Below, piece by piece: positions 1-8,280 of a DNA stretch of 18,436 nt (its first letter is position 1; every line of letters starts with the position of its first letter). The translations under genes and the position numbers were made by a program. The DNA lies in contig JANPEF010000117.1 in assembly GCA_031431875.1 (NCBI GenBank), forward strand, positions 1 to 18,436. The letters are read 5' to 3'. This stretch comes from Candidatus Eiseniibacteriota bacterium. Its GTDB lineage: Bacteria > Eisenbacteria > RBG-16-71-46 > DASYSL01. The notes below the pieces were generated by a model. It had not been told where the DNA came from. It saw only the letters and a program-made list of their open reading frames with translations, and ran no database searches.

Positions 1-451
1 CCTGGTGCCCCTGGCCGTGGCTCTCCACGAACGGCTGAAGGCCGACGCGCCCGCATTGATGCAAGTCGCGACCTCCTTCGCCCTCATCTGGGCGGGTCTC
101 GTCATCGCCAGTGGAATGGTCGCGAGCGTGGGGCTGGAGGCCGTGGCGGCGCTTCATGCGAAGGATGTCGCGCAAGCCGCTTCCACCTGGGTGGTTCTCG
201 GGGCCGTGCAGAATGGGCTCGGAGGTGGACTCGAGATCGTCGGGGGCTTGTGGGTATTTCTGATCAGCCTCGCTTCACGAAAGTCCACCGCGCTTCCAAA
301 AGTACTGACCTACCTGGGCTTCATCGTCGGGCTGGCCGGCATCCTCACGGTCGTGCCGGCGCTTGGCGAGCTGGGCGCAGTGTTCGGTCTCGGCCAGATC
401 TTGTGGTTCGCATGGATCGGGCTGATCATGCTCCGCAAGGTCAACGGTTAA
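1..451 (+). CDS. Multi-pass membrane protein, DUF4386-like (5'-partial)
   Basis: Open frame from the window edge to TAA at 449-451; several hydrophobic helices and a GLGGGxEIVGGLW motif that I associate with DUF4386-like proteins. Confidence 0.6.
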   Translation, partial: LVPLAVALHERLKADAPALMQVATSFALIWAGLVIASGMVASVGLEAVAALHAKDVAQAASTWVVLGAVQNGLGGGLEIVGGLWVFLISLASRKSTALPKVLTYLGFIVGLAGILTVVPALGELGAVFGLGQILWFAWIGLIMLRKVNG

Positions 452-477
452 TCACGGACACGACAAGAGGAGTTCCC

Positions 478-879
478 ATGAGCAACGTTCAACTCGCGAA
501 AGACGTCTACGCCGCCTTCGGTCGCGGCGACATTCCGACCGTGCTGGCCGCCTTCCATCCCGAGATCGAGTGGCGAGAGGCCGAGGGCCATCCCTACAAG
601 CCGGACGGCGCAGCCTGGGTCGGGCCGCAGGCGGTGCTCGACGAGCTCTTCATGCGGCTCGGCTCGGAGTGGGAGGGTTTCACGGTCCACGTCGGGACGC
701 TTCACGACGCCGGCGATCACGTCGTGATGGAAGGCCGCTACACCGGCGTCTACAAGCCTTCCGGCAACAGCATCGATGCCCAGGTGTGTCACGTCCTGCG
801 CTTTCGGGATGGCAAGCTCTCGCGCTTCCAGCAGTATGTCGACGCCGGGCAGCTGCAGAAGGTCATGGCGAAGGGTTGA
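478..879 (+). CDS. SnoaL-like / NTF2-family protein
   Basis: ATG 478 after GAGGAG; YAAFGRGDI...HPEIEW...GDHVVMEGRY...HVLRFRDGK...FQQYVD is the SnoaL pattern. Confidence 0.85.
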   Translation: MSNVQLAKDVYAAFGRGDIPTVLAAFHPEIEWREAEGHPYKPDGAAWVGPQAVLDELFMRLGSEWEGFTVHVGTLHDAGDHVVMEGRYTGVYKPSGNSIDAQVCHVLRFRDGKLSRFQQYVDAGQLQKVMAKG

Positions 880-932
880 CCGCACGGTTGTAGGCACGCG
901 GGCGGCACCAGCCGCCGAGAAAGGAACGCCTC

Positions 933-1319
933 ATGCGCATCTCCAAGGATCAGATTCCCACGAAGATCGATGTCCCCGGCGCCGTCGCACGTGTCGCGAC
1001 CGAGTTCGGCGACGCTAGCGGCTTCGGCAAGATGGGAGGCGAGTACTTCTCCCTCGGCGCCGGAACGGACATTGCGCCGCTGCTCAAGGGCCTCGAAGGC
1101 GACGCCTGCCAGGCGCCGCACTGGGGGTACATGCTTTCCGGCGAGCTCGTGGTGACGTACACCGATGGCAAGGTGGACACCTGCAAGGAGAACGACCTGT
1201 TCTACTGGCCGCCGGGGCACAGCGTGCGGTCGGTCAAGGACTCCGAGGTCATCCTGTTCAGCCCACAGATCGAGCATGCCCACACCATGGACCACATGCT
1301 GAATGCAATGAAGGGCTGA
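933..1319 (+). CDS. Cupin-domain protein
   Basis: AAGGA RBS; CQAPHWGYMLSG and FYWPPGH cupin-like motifs. Confidence 0.75.
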   Translation: MRISKDQIPTKIDVPGAVARVATEFGDASGFGKMGGEYFSLGAGTDIAPLLKGLEGDACQAPHWGYMLSGELVVTYTDGKVDTCKENDLFYWPPGHSVRSVKDSEVILFSPQIEHAHTMDHMLNAMKG

Positions 1320-1377
1320 GCCTGAGCCTCAGGTTCTCGAGGAGTCCAGCCAGTTGGCAACAAGGAGAACAACGAGC

Positions 1378-1779
1378 ATGTCCGACGTCTCCACTTTTCG
1401 GCTTTACCTGCTCAGGGCGATGTATCTGCTCATGGCGGTCGGTCTCGGAATTACCGTCTGGCCCAACATAATCACACCAGGCAACGCCACACATATGGGC
1501 AGCGTCGTTCGCAGCATGCTCGGCGCCCTGGCACTCGTCGCGCTCTGGGGACTTCGCTACCCGGTGAAGATGCTTCCCATGCTCTTGTTCGAGTTCATGT
1601 GGAAAGTGATCTGGGTTGTGGCCTTCGCGCTTGCGCCGTGGCTCAACGGGCAGCTCGATGCGGCAAGACAAGAAACTCTGTTTGCATGCCTTATGGGCGT
1701 CGTCCTTGTCCCGATCGCGGTGCCCTGGGGTTACGTCTTCCGGCACTACGTGAAGGCGCCAGGAGACCGCTGGCGTTAG
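1378..1779 (+). CDS. Hypothetical membrane protein (about 4 TM helices)
   Basis: AAGGAG upstream of ATG 1378; hydrophobic segments, GLRYPxKMLPxLLFE motif, GDRWR C-terminus. Confidence 0.75.
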   Translation: MSDVSTFRLYLLRAMYLLMAVGLGITVWPNIITPGNATHMGSVVRSMLGALALVALWGLRYPVKMLPMLLFEFMWKVIWVVAFALAPWLNGQLDAARQETLFACLMGVVLVPIAVPWGYVFRHYVKAPGDRWR

Positions 1780-1858
1780 GCGGAATGGAGTATCGCCGCG
1801 CGTCGCCAACGCGGGTCCGACCCTGCCGGCATCTCTCGAGATCCATGGAGCAGCCACG

Positions 1859-2671
1859 ATGACCACGAGCAACACCCCACTCGCCTCGCGCTTGCACGAA
1901 CGCGTCCGCGGTTTCATTGAAAGTGGGCGGTTCGAGAGGTGGATTACAGCGCTGATCGTTCTGAACGCCATCGCGCTCGGAGTCGAGACTTCACCGTCGG
2001 CCATTGCACGATTCGGCGATTTGCTCCACGCGTTCGACCGACTCGTGCTGGCCGTCTTCGTGGTCGAACTGCTGATGCGCTTCTTCGTGTATCGGGGTCG
2101 CTTCTTCCAGGACCCGTGGCGCGTGTTCGACTTCGTGGTCGTCGGGATCGCGGCCGTTCCGGCGGGAAGTACGTTCGCCGTCCTGCGCGCCTTGCGCGTG
2201 TTGCGCGTACTCCGGCTGGTTTCGCTGGTGCCCTCGATGCGCCGGGTGATTGGCGCGCTGCTGCAAGCACTGCCCGGCATGGCGTCGATCGTGGGCCTCC
2301 TGGGACTCATCCTTTACGTCTTCGCGGTCATGGCCACGAAGCTGTACGGGGGGATCGCGCCGGAGTTCTTCGGCAGCCTCGGTGCGTCGATGTTCACGCT
2401 GTTCCAGGTCATGACCGTCGAAGGCTGGCCGGACGTCGCACGCAGTGTCATGACGCAATCGCCGCACGCCTGGATCTTCTTCGTCGTCTACCTGCTCGTC
2501 GCGACGTTCATGGTGCTGAACCTGTTCATTGCGGTGGTCGTCAACGCGATGCAGTCCCAGGTCACGGAGGACCTCAAGGACGAGGGAGAGGCGCACACCC
2601 GGTTGGTCCTCGACGAGGTGCGTGCCTTGCGGCGGGAGATCGAGGCGCTGCGTGGGAGGTCGCAATCGTGA
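1859..2671 (+). CDS. Voltage-gated cation channel, BacNav/6TM ion transporter family
   Basis: S4 LRALRVLRVLRLV with four periodic Arg, DPWRVFDF in S3, pore TLFQVMTVEGWPD, S6 LNLFIAVVV, C-terminal coiled coil (VRALRREIEALR). Confidence 0.93.
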   Translation: MTTSNTPLASRLHERVRGFIESGRFERWITALIVLNAIALGVETSPSAIARFGDLLHAFDRLVLAVFVVELLMRFFVYRGRFFQDPWRVFDFVVVGIAAVPAGSTFAVLRALRVLRVLRLVSLVPSMRRVIGALLQALPGMASIVGLLGLILYVFAVMATKLYGGIAPEFFGSLGASMFTLFQVMTVEGWPDVARSVMTQSPHAWIFFVVYLLVATFMVLNLFIAVVVNAMQSQVTEDLKDEGEAHTRLVLDEVRALRREIEALRGRSQS

Positions 2672-2722
2672 CCTTTCATTGCTCCTGTGCCCTGCCACCG
2701 CCTCGGCAGAGTATTCATGCCG

Positions 2723-2739
2723 TGAATGATTATCATTCA
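2723..2739. promoter_or_regulatory. Perfect 8-1-8 palindrome, Fur-box-like operator
   Basis: TGAATGAT-T-ATCATTCA; the - strand contains AATGATAATCATT, the core of the canonical Fur box. It is AT-rich in GC-rich DNA, with a candidate -10 TAGGAT at 2770-2775. Confidence 0.5.
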
Positions 2740-2851
2740 TGGTCTGGAGGGTTCTGCGCTGCATGGGTGTAGGATCGCGCCGCCGAGCGCAAGGCTCCGG
2801 CCCTTGCCCCACCGAAGTCGCACAGGCAACGTCGGAAGTTGTGGGCCCCCC

Positions 2852-3202
2852 ATGGACCTGAAACGCGTCTTCGCCATGAAGTTCGCGAACGTGTATCCGC
2901 TCTACGTCCAGAAGGCCGAGCGTAAGGGTCGCTCGAAGGACGAGGTGGACCAGGTCATCCGCTGGTTGACCGGCTATACCCAGGCGGGCCTCGAGAAGCA
3001 GATCCAGCAGCAGACCGACTTCACGGCCTTCTTCGCGCAGGCTCCCGCGATGAATCCGAACATCGCGCTGATCAAGGGTGTCGTGTGCGGCGTCCGCGTG
3101 GAAGAGGTGGAGGATCCGCTGATGCGGAACATCCGGTACCTCGACAAGCTGATCGACGAGCTGGCGAAGGGCAAGGCAATGGAGAAGATCCTGCGCCGAT
3201 GA
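2852..3202 (+). CDS. DUF2200 family protein
   Basis: [17 protein letters not shown]...VIRWLTGY...[35 protein letters not shown] matches DUF2200; start at ATG 2852 chosen by family length. Confidence 0.88.
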   Translation: MDLKRVFAMKFANVYPLYVQKAERKGRSKDEVDQVIRWLTGYTQAGLEKQIQQQTDFTAFFAQAPAMNPNIALIKGVVCGVRVEEVEDPLMRNIRYLDKLIDELAKGKAMEKILRR

Positions 3203-3287
3203 CCCGCGGCCCGGAGGTGCCCTTTTGGAGTGGCGTACGGGGCGTACAAAACGTACGAACCGTACGCACACCTCCGGGAACGCCCCG
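3203..3287 (+). repeat. ~85-bp dispersed direct repeat, copy A, with four 9-bp-period CGTAC(G/A) units
   Basis: Aligns with 4501-4584 with about 12 differences by manual count. Confidence 0.9.
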
Positions 3288-3347
3288 CTGAACGCTCGCT
3301 CTCCGTCGCGCATTACCATCCCCATCCAGGATCCATAACCCATCGCC

Positions 3348-4418
3348 ATGCACGCTCTCCCCCGCCGAACTCCTTCGCTGCTTCTGCGCCACTTCGTCGC
3401 CGACGAGGCCGCGGCTCTCCGCACGCTGAGCACCGAGGCGTCCACGAGCCGCTGGCTGCCGTCGCATGTCGATCCGACCATCGAGGACGCCGTGTCGAGG
3501 CTGGCCTACCTCGTCTCCTGCTACGTCGACCCCGGGGATCCGGTGAAGGGCCCGTACGTGCTTGCGGTCGAGCACCGGGACACGGGCCGGTTGCTCGGGC
3601 ACTTGGGCTTCAGCCCGGTCGACGACGAGGTCGAGGTGTCCTACTCCATTGCCGAGGCGGCACGCGGTCGCGGCTACGGCGTCGAGACCCTCGTGCACGG
3701 CTGCGCGTGGCTCGCCGAGACCTTTGCGGTGCCGCAGATCATCGCGATCACGGCGTCGGCAAACGCAGCGTCACGTCGGGTGCTCGAACGAGCAGCGTTC
3801 GTGCTCGAGCACGAGGGCGCAATGATCTTCCAGGGGCGGGAGGAGATCGTGAGCCGCTACCGATGGCGCGCGTCGGAGGCCCGTGGTCTCGACGCCGGGC
3901 ACGATATCGTCGTTCGTGACGCGACTCCCGCGGACCTGCCAGCGCTCTGCGCGGTTCGCGACGCGCGCGCGCAGCACGAGGGAAAGCTGGCCGAGGCGGG
4001 CACCGGATCCTCGCGCTTTCTCGTCGCCACGATCGGGGGCGAGATCATCGCATTCGCGAGCGTGTTCCTGCTGAACCCGGCGCTCGGACCGGCGAAGTCG
4101 CATATTCCCAAACTGAGCGACTGCTGGGTGGCGGCGGCCTTTCGCTCCCGCGGCGTGGGGCGGGCGCTCGTGTCGGCGGGCGAGCGCATCGCGCGCGAGT
4201 TTGGCTGCGAACGCCTCTACGTCGGGATCGACCCGGTGGCGAACCCGCGCTGGCTCGAGTTCTTTCGGCGGCGCGGGTACGAGCCGCTGCAGCCGGAGCC
4301 GTACCGCAAGCTCGAGCGGTGGGTGACGGCGGCGGGGGTGAGCGAGGAGGTCGTGGCGTGGCGGGTGGAGCTTGTCATTGAGCTCGGTCGGCGCGCCGAG
4401 GCTTCCGGTCCGGATTGA
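3348..4418 (+). CDS. Two-domain GNAT acetyltransferase (RimJ/RimL-like domain plus a second GNAT domain)
   Basis: Two acetyl-CoA motif A sites (ARGRGYG and FRSRGVG); NAASRRVLER in the first domain. Confidence 0.85.
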   Translation: MHALPRRTPSLLLRHFVADEAAALRTLSTEASTSRWLPSHVDPTIEDAVSRLAYLVSCYVDPGDPVKGPYVLAVEHRDTGRLLGHLGFSPVDDEVEVSYSIAEAARGRGYGVETLVHGCAWLAETFAVPQIIAITASANAASRRVLERAAFVLEHEGAMIFQGREEIVSRYRWRASEARGLDAGHDIVVRDATPADLPALCAVRDARAQHEGKLAEAGTGSSRFLVATIGGEIIAFASVFLLNPALGPAKSHIPKLSDCWVAAAFRSRGVGRALVSAGERIAREFGCERLYVGIDPVANPRWLEFFRRRGYEPLQPEPYRKLERWVTAAGVSEEVVAWRVELVIELGRRAEASGPD

Positions 4419-4500
4419 GGCCGGGCTCCGTCAGCGCCGGCGTCCTGTGGAATGCAGGCGAGCCGATGCGCAGACCCTGACGCCCTCGCCCGGCTCGCGC

Positions 4501-4584
4501 CCCGCGGCCCGGACGTGCCTTTTCGGGGGGCCGTACGAAGCGTACGAAACGTACGAACCGTACGCCCCCTCCCGGAACGCCCCG
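4501..4584 (+). repeat. ~85-bp dispersed direct repeat, copy B
   Basis: cccgcggcccggacgtgcc...cgtacgaagcgtacgaaacgtacgaaccgtacg...ggaacgccccg, matching 3203-3287. Confidence 0.9.
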
Positions 4585-4622
4585 GGCCCCGGGCGCTTGA
4601 TTGAGGTACCCTGACCCCCGCC

Positions 4623-5204
<582 letters not shown>

Positions 5205-5233
5205 CCCGAGAAAGCCGAAGAAAGGCTCCCCCG

Positions 5234-5737
5234 ATGAAACTCATCCCCTTGGCCGTTGCAGCCGCCCTGGCATTACTCTCGCCACAAGCAGCGGCGCAGC
5301 AGCTCCCGGCCGATTCGACCCTCGAGAAGCAGATCCGCGAGCTCGACCTGGCGCACGCCGATGCGATCTTCAAGGGCGATCGGGCCCGGCTGGACGAGTT
5401 GCTCCCGGACGACCACACCGTCAATCACCCGACCAATCGGATCGTCCGCGAGAAGGCCGAGCTCCTGAAGATGATCGACACCGGCACGGTGCGCTACACG
5501 CGCTTCGAGCGCCGGCCGGAGGCGTTCCTCTTCTACGAGGACATGGTCGTCGTCATGGGAGACGAGACGGTCGTGCCGGCAAAGGGCGCGCCCAATGCCG
5601 GCGTCACGCTGCGGCGGCGTTATACGAATGCGTGGATGCTGCAGGGCGGGAAGTGGCGCCTGGCATTCAGGCACGCCAACAACGTTCCGGTTCCGGCCGC
5701 GGCTCCGGCCCCGGCCCCGGCCCCGACCCCGAAGTAG
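5234..5737 (+). CDS. Secreted NTF2-fold (DUF4440-like) protein
   Basis: Signal peptide MKLIPLAVAAALALLSPQAAA; RRYTNAW..QGGKWRL end motif; Pro/Ala tail. Confidence 0.75.
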   Translation: MKLIPLAVAAALALLSPQAAAQQLPADSTLEKQIRELDLAHADAIFKGDRARLDELLPDDHTVNHPTNRIVREKAELLKMIDTGTVRYTRFERRPEAFLFYEDMVVVMGDETVVPAKGAPNAGVTLRRRYTNAWMLQGGKWRLAFRHANNVPVPAAAPAPAPAPTPK

Positions 5738-5775
5738 GGCCCGGGATCTCGAAGGATCGCGTCAACGGAGGGTCA

Positions 5776-6900
5776 GTGGCAATCGACGTCCTCGACGAAC
5801 TCGCACAACTCATCGAGCAAGAACGCAACACCTTGCTTGCGGAGTGGCGGACACAGGTCCGGGCGCTCCCGGCGGCGCGGGATCTCGACGTGCCGACGCT
5901 CAACGATCACATCCCAGATCTCCTGGCTGAGCTTGCCAAGCAACTGCGAGCCGGGACGGGCGTGACGATCGCGGAAGCCCTTCTCGAAGACAGTCCGCCC
6001 GCCCACGGATTGCAGCGGGTCAAGGACGCGTTCGACATCGAGGAGGTCGTTGCCGAGTACAACATCCTGCGCGGCTGCATCCACGACCTGGCCGAGCGGA
6101 ACGGCTTGAGCCTGCAGGGGGAGTCGTTCCACGTCCTCAATCGGGTCTTCGATGGAGCGATCGGGTCGGCCGTGCAGTCCTTCGCCGCGCAGAAGGCGCT
6201 CGAAGTCCAGCAACGCCGCGAAGAGTACCTGGCGTTCGTGGCCCACGACCTTCGCACGCCGCTGAACGCCATCTCCCTCACCGCGCGGGTGCTCGAGATG
6301 CTCCTCGAGCGGGCCGGTTCCGAGACGCCGGACACGACGCACAAGTTCAGGACCCTCAACCGGAACGTGCTCCACCTGCAGGCCTTGATCGAGAAGGTGC
6401 TGGAGGAGAACACGAACCTGGAGACCGAGCTCGGCGTCCGGCTGGAGCGCCGGAGCTTCGACCTGTGGCCGTTCGTCGAAGCCATCATCCATGATGTCCA
6501 CCCGGTCGCCGGAACGGACTCGACGCGCCTGGTCAACGAGATCCCCGAGGATCTCGTCGTCTACGCCGATGCCAGCCTGCTGCGACGCGTGCTCCAGAAC
6601 CTGATCGCCAACGCGATCTCCTACACGCCGCGCGGCGAGGTCGTCATCGGGGCGAGCGTGACGGACGAGGCCGGCGCCGCCGAGTGCTTCGTGCGCGACA
6701 ACGGCGCGGGCATCCCGGAGGACCGCCTCGACACCGTGTTCGAACAGCACGAGACCGACCCCGAGAAGGAGGGCGGCCTGGGACTCGGCCTCGCCATCGT
6801 CAAGGCCTTCGTCGAAGCCCACGACGGGGTGGTGATCGTGGAGAGCAAGATCGGCGTCGGGTCGACGTTCCGGTTCACGCTTCCCGGGCAGCGGACTTAG
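5776..6900 (+). CDS. Soluble sensor histidine kinase with RsbRD_N-like N-terminal domain
   Basis: GTG after GGAGGG; H-box AHDLRTPL, N-box NLIANA, G1 DNGAGIP, G2 GLGLGLAI; N-terminus has HGLQR...EYNILR. Confidence 0.9.
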   Translation: MAIDVLDELAQLIEQERNTLLAEWRTQVRALPAARDLDVPTLNDHIPDLLAELAKQLRAGTGVTIAEALLEDSPPAHGLQRVKDAFDIEEVVAEYNILRGCIHDLAERNGLSLQGESFHVLNRVFDGAIGSAVQSFAAQKALEVQQRREEYLAFVAHDLRTPLNAISLTARVLEMLLERAGSETPDTTHKFRTLNRNVLHLQALIEKVLEENTNLETELGVRLERRSFDLWPFVEAIIHDVHPVAGTDSTRLVNEIPEDLVVYADASLLRRVLQNLIANAISYTPRGEVVIGASVTDEAGAAECFVRDNGAGIPEDRLDTVFEQHETDPEKEGGLGLGLAIVKAFVEAHDGVVIVESKIGVGSTFRFTLPGQRT

Positions 6901-6917
6901 AGGCCGCGCCCGAGTCC

Positions 6918-7046
6918 GTGCGAGCCTTCGCGAACCTGCCGATCCGCACCGCGCGACTGGAGCTGCGGCCGTTGCGGGACGCGGACGTCGCTCCGCTCTT
7001 CGCGATCCACTCCGACGCAAGGGCCATGCTGATCAGCGACAATTAG
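6918..7046 (+). pseudogene. Truncated N-terminus of a RimJ/RimL-like GNAT
   Basis: IRTARLELRPLRDADVAPLFAIHSD is a typical GNAT N-terminus; the frame stops at TAG 7044-7046 inside an inverted repeat. Confidence 0.7.
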
Positions 7047-7082
7047 AACTCCCGCGCGGAAAGAGTAGTTGTCGCCGATCAG
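7029..7082. repeat. Imperfect inverted repeat, 17-bp arms, 20-nt spacer
   Basis: ctgatcagcgacaatta ... tagttgtcgccgatcag (15/17 Watson-Crick pairs); the spacer contains the palindrome ccgcgcgg. Confidence 0.85.
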
Positions 7083-7124
7083 AAATTGGACATCGCCGTG
7101 CTCCAGGAAGCCTATCGCGGCTGA
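7083..7124 (+). pseudogene. C-terminal remnant of a PhnB-like/VOC (3-demethylubiquinone methyltransferase-like) gene
   Basis: KLDIAVLQEAYRG* resembles the family's MKKLDIAxLxxAY ending; only 13 codons. Confidence 0.45.
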
Positions 7125-7127
7125 GAC

Positions 7128-7152
7128 CCGCGCTGCCCAGCGCGGACTTTTC
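7128..7152 (+). terminator. Possible intrinsic terminator
   Basis: ccgcgct-gccc-agcgcgg followed by acttttc; the U-tract is weak. Confidence 0.35.
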
Positions 7153-7166
7153 ACGGAGGAATCCAG

Positions 7167-7556
7167 ATGCCGCATCCCCAGCCGGTCACGGTCGCCACGC
7201 TCGAGGCCATCACCGCCGCCTTCAACGCGCACGACCTCGACGCCATCCTCGAGTTCTTCGCCGAGGATTGCTCGTTCGACATGCCGCGGGGGCCCGAGCC
7301 GTGGGGGCAGCGCTTCATCGGCAAGGCCGCGGTGCGCGAGGCGCTGGCCGGTCGCTTCCGGGGCCTGCCCGACGTGCACTACGGCGAGGATCGACACTGG
7401 GTGGCCGGCGACTTCGGGGTGTCGGAGTGGTTGCTGACCGGCACGACTCTCGACGGACGCCGCGTCGAAGTTCGCGGGTGCGACCACTGGGAGTTCCGGG
7501 ACGGGTTGGTGACGCGGAAGGACTCGTACTGGAAGATCGTGGAGAGATCCGGCTAG
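7167..7556 (+). CDS. SnoaL-like / NTF2-family protein
   Basis: GGAGG RBS; AFNAHDLDAI..FFAED, GVSEW.LTGT, GCD.WEFRDG.V.RKDSYWK. Confidence 0.88.
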   Translation: MPHPQPVTVATLEAITAAFNAHDLDAILEFFAEDCSFDMPRGPEPWGQRFIGKAAVREALAGRFRGLPDVHYGEDRHWVAGDFGVSEWLLTGTTLDGRRVEVRGCDHWEFRDGLVTRKDSYWKIVERSG

Positions 7557-7711
7557 TCCTGGCCTTGGGGCGCCTCGTCCGGAAGCTTGGGCAGCTCGAC
7601 AGTCTGCGGATCGACCTCGTCCATCTGCCCATCCCGTCACAGGACGAGCGGGATCCCGAGTGACGTGAACTTCTTCTAGAAATCCTCGCGCACCTGCGCC
7701 AGGTCCCGCAG
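7553..7711 (-). pseudogene. Collapsed remnant of the zeta-like ATPase + small-protein pair
   Basis: 7711-7679 gives LRDLAQVREDF (intact gene: LRDLAEAREDF); 7660-7553 gives LGIPLVL*RDGQMDEVDPQTVELPKLPDEAPQGQD* (intact: LGIPLVLWRDGQVVEVDAATVELPELPDEAPDSGD*). Confidence 0.85.
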
Positions 7712-7719
7712 TCCTCCTC

Positions 7720-8280
7720 CTACGCGATCGTGCAGCCGTCGTGTGGACCTTGAGCGCTCGCTGGAGGCTCGGTCGGCGGGTTCGTTGTCATGGCCTCGGC
7801 ACCTTGCTCCGCCGCTTCGACCAGCAACGTTCCGAGCTCCGCCCCAAGCAGCAGGTCGTCATGGACGCCGAATACCTGACGGCGGAGCCGGCCATGTGCG
7901 TCGATGATGACCGTGGTCGGCGTCCCCTGCATCGCGTAGGCCCGCATCGTACGGGGCATCGGGTCACCGTCGAGACCCGGCGCGTCGACGCCGACGGGAA
8001 ACCGAATGCGGTACTCGTGCAGGAAGGCGCGAAGCGACTGGAGCCCCATGGCTTCGTGGTGCTCGAAGACCGTGTGTAACCCGATGACCGTAACCGGCGC
8101 CCCATGGAAGAGCTCCGCGACGCGTTGGGCCTGCGGCAGGCCGCGCGCGACGCAGCCGGGACAGAGCATCTGAAACGCGTGCAGCAGCACCACCCGCCCC
8201 CGAAGACGTTCGAGACTGAGGGGCTCCGCCGTGTTGAGCCATGTCGTCGTATTCCACTCGGGGGCGGGCTTCAGCTCCAT
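7720..8280 (-). CDS. Thioredoxin-fold redoxin (TlpA/AhpC-TSA-like)
   Basis: LRGRVVLLHAFQMLCPGC (CxxC), IGLHTVFEHH, GTPTT; ATG overlaps the protoglobin stop (TGATG). Confidence 0.87.
   Translation of the reverse strand: MELKPAPEWNTTTWLNTAEPLSLERLRGRVVLLHAFQMLCPGCVARGLPQAQRVAELFHGAPVTVIGLHTVFEHHEAMGLQSLRAFLHEYRIRFPVGVDAPGLDGDPMPRTMRAYAMQGTPTTVIIDAHGRLRRQVFGVHDDLLLGAELGTLLVEAAEQGAEAMTTNPPTEPPASAQGPHDGCTIA

Noticed and set aside
901..916. ggcggc-acca-gccgcc hairpin as a terminator
   Set aside because: Short stem with no U-tract on the + strand, inside an apparent operon.
3234..3266. CRISPR-like array
   Set aside because: The period is 9 bp with 3-nt gaps, there are no spacer-length unique sequences, and no cas genes are present.
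1991..3481. 496-aa minus-strand ORF and similar long shadow ORFs (1258-2310, 5773-7020, 10520-11431, 13685-14707, 16866-17738)
   Set aside because: Antisense shadows of recognisable genes in high-GC DNA with no domain motifs.
5692..5731. 6-bp tandem repeat (ccggcc-like)
   Set aside because: It encodes an ordinary Pro/Ala low-complexity tail.
7637..7639. TGA at a Trp position suggesting an alternative genetic code
   Set aside because: TGA terminates many intact genes here, including mnmE, and the codon lies in a deleted remnant.
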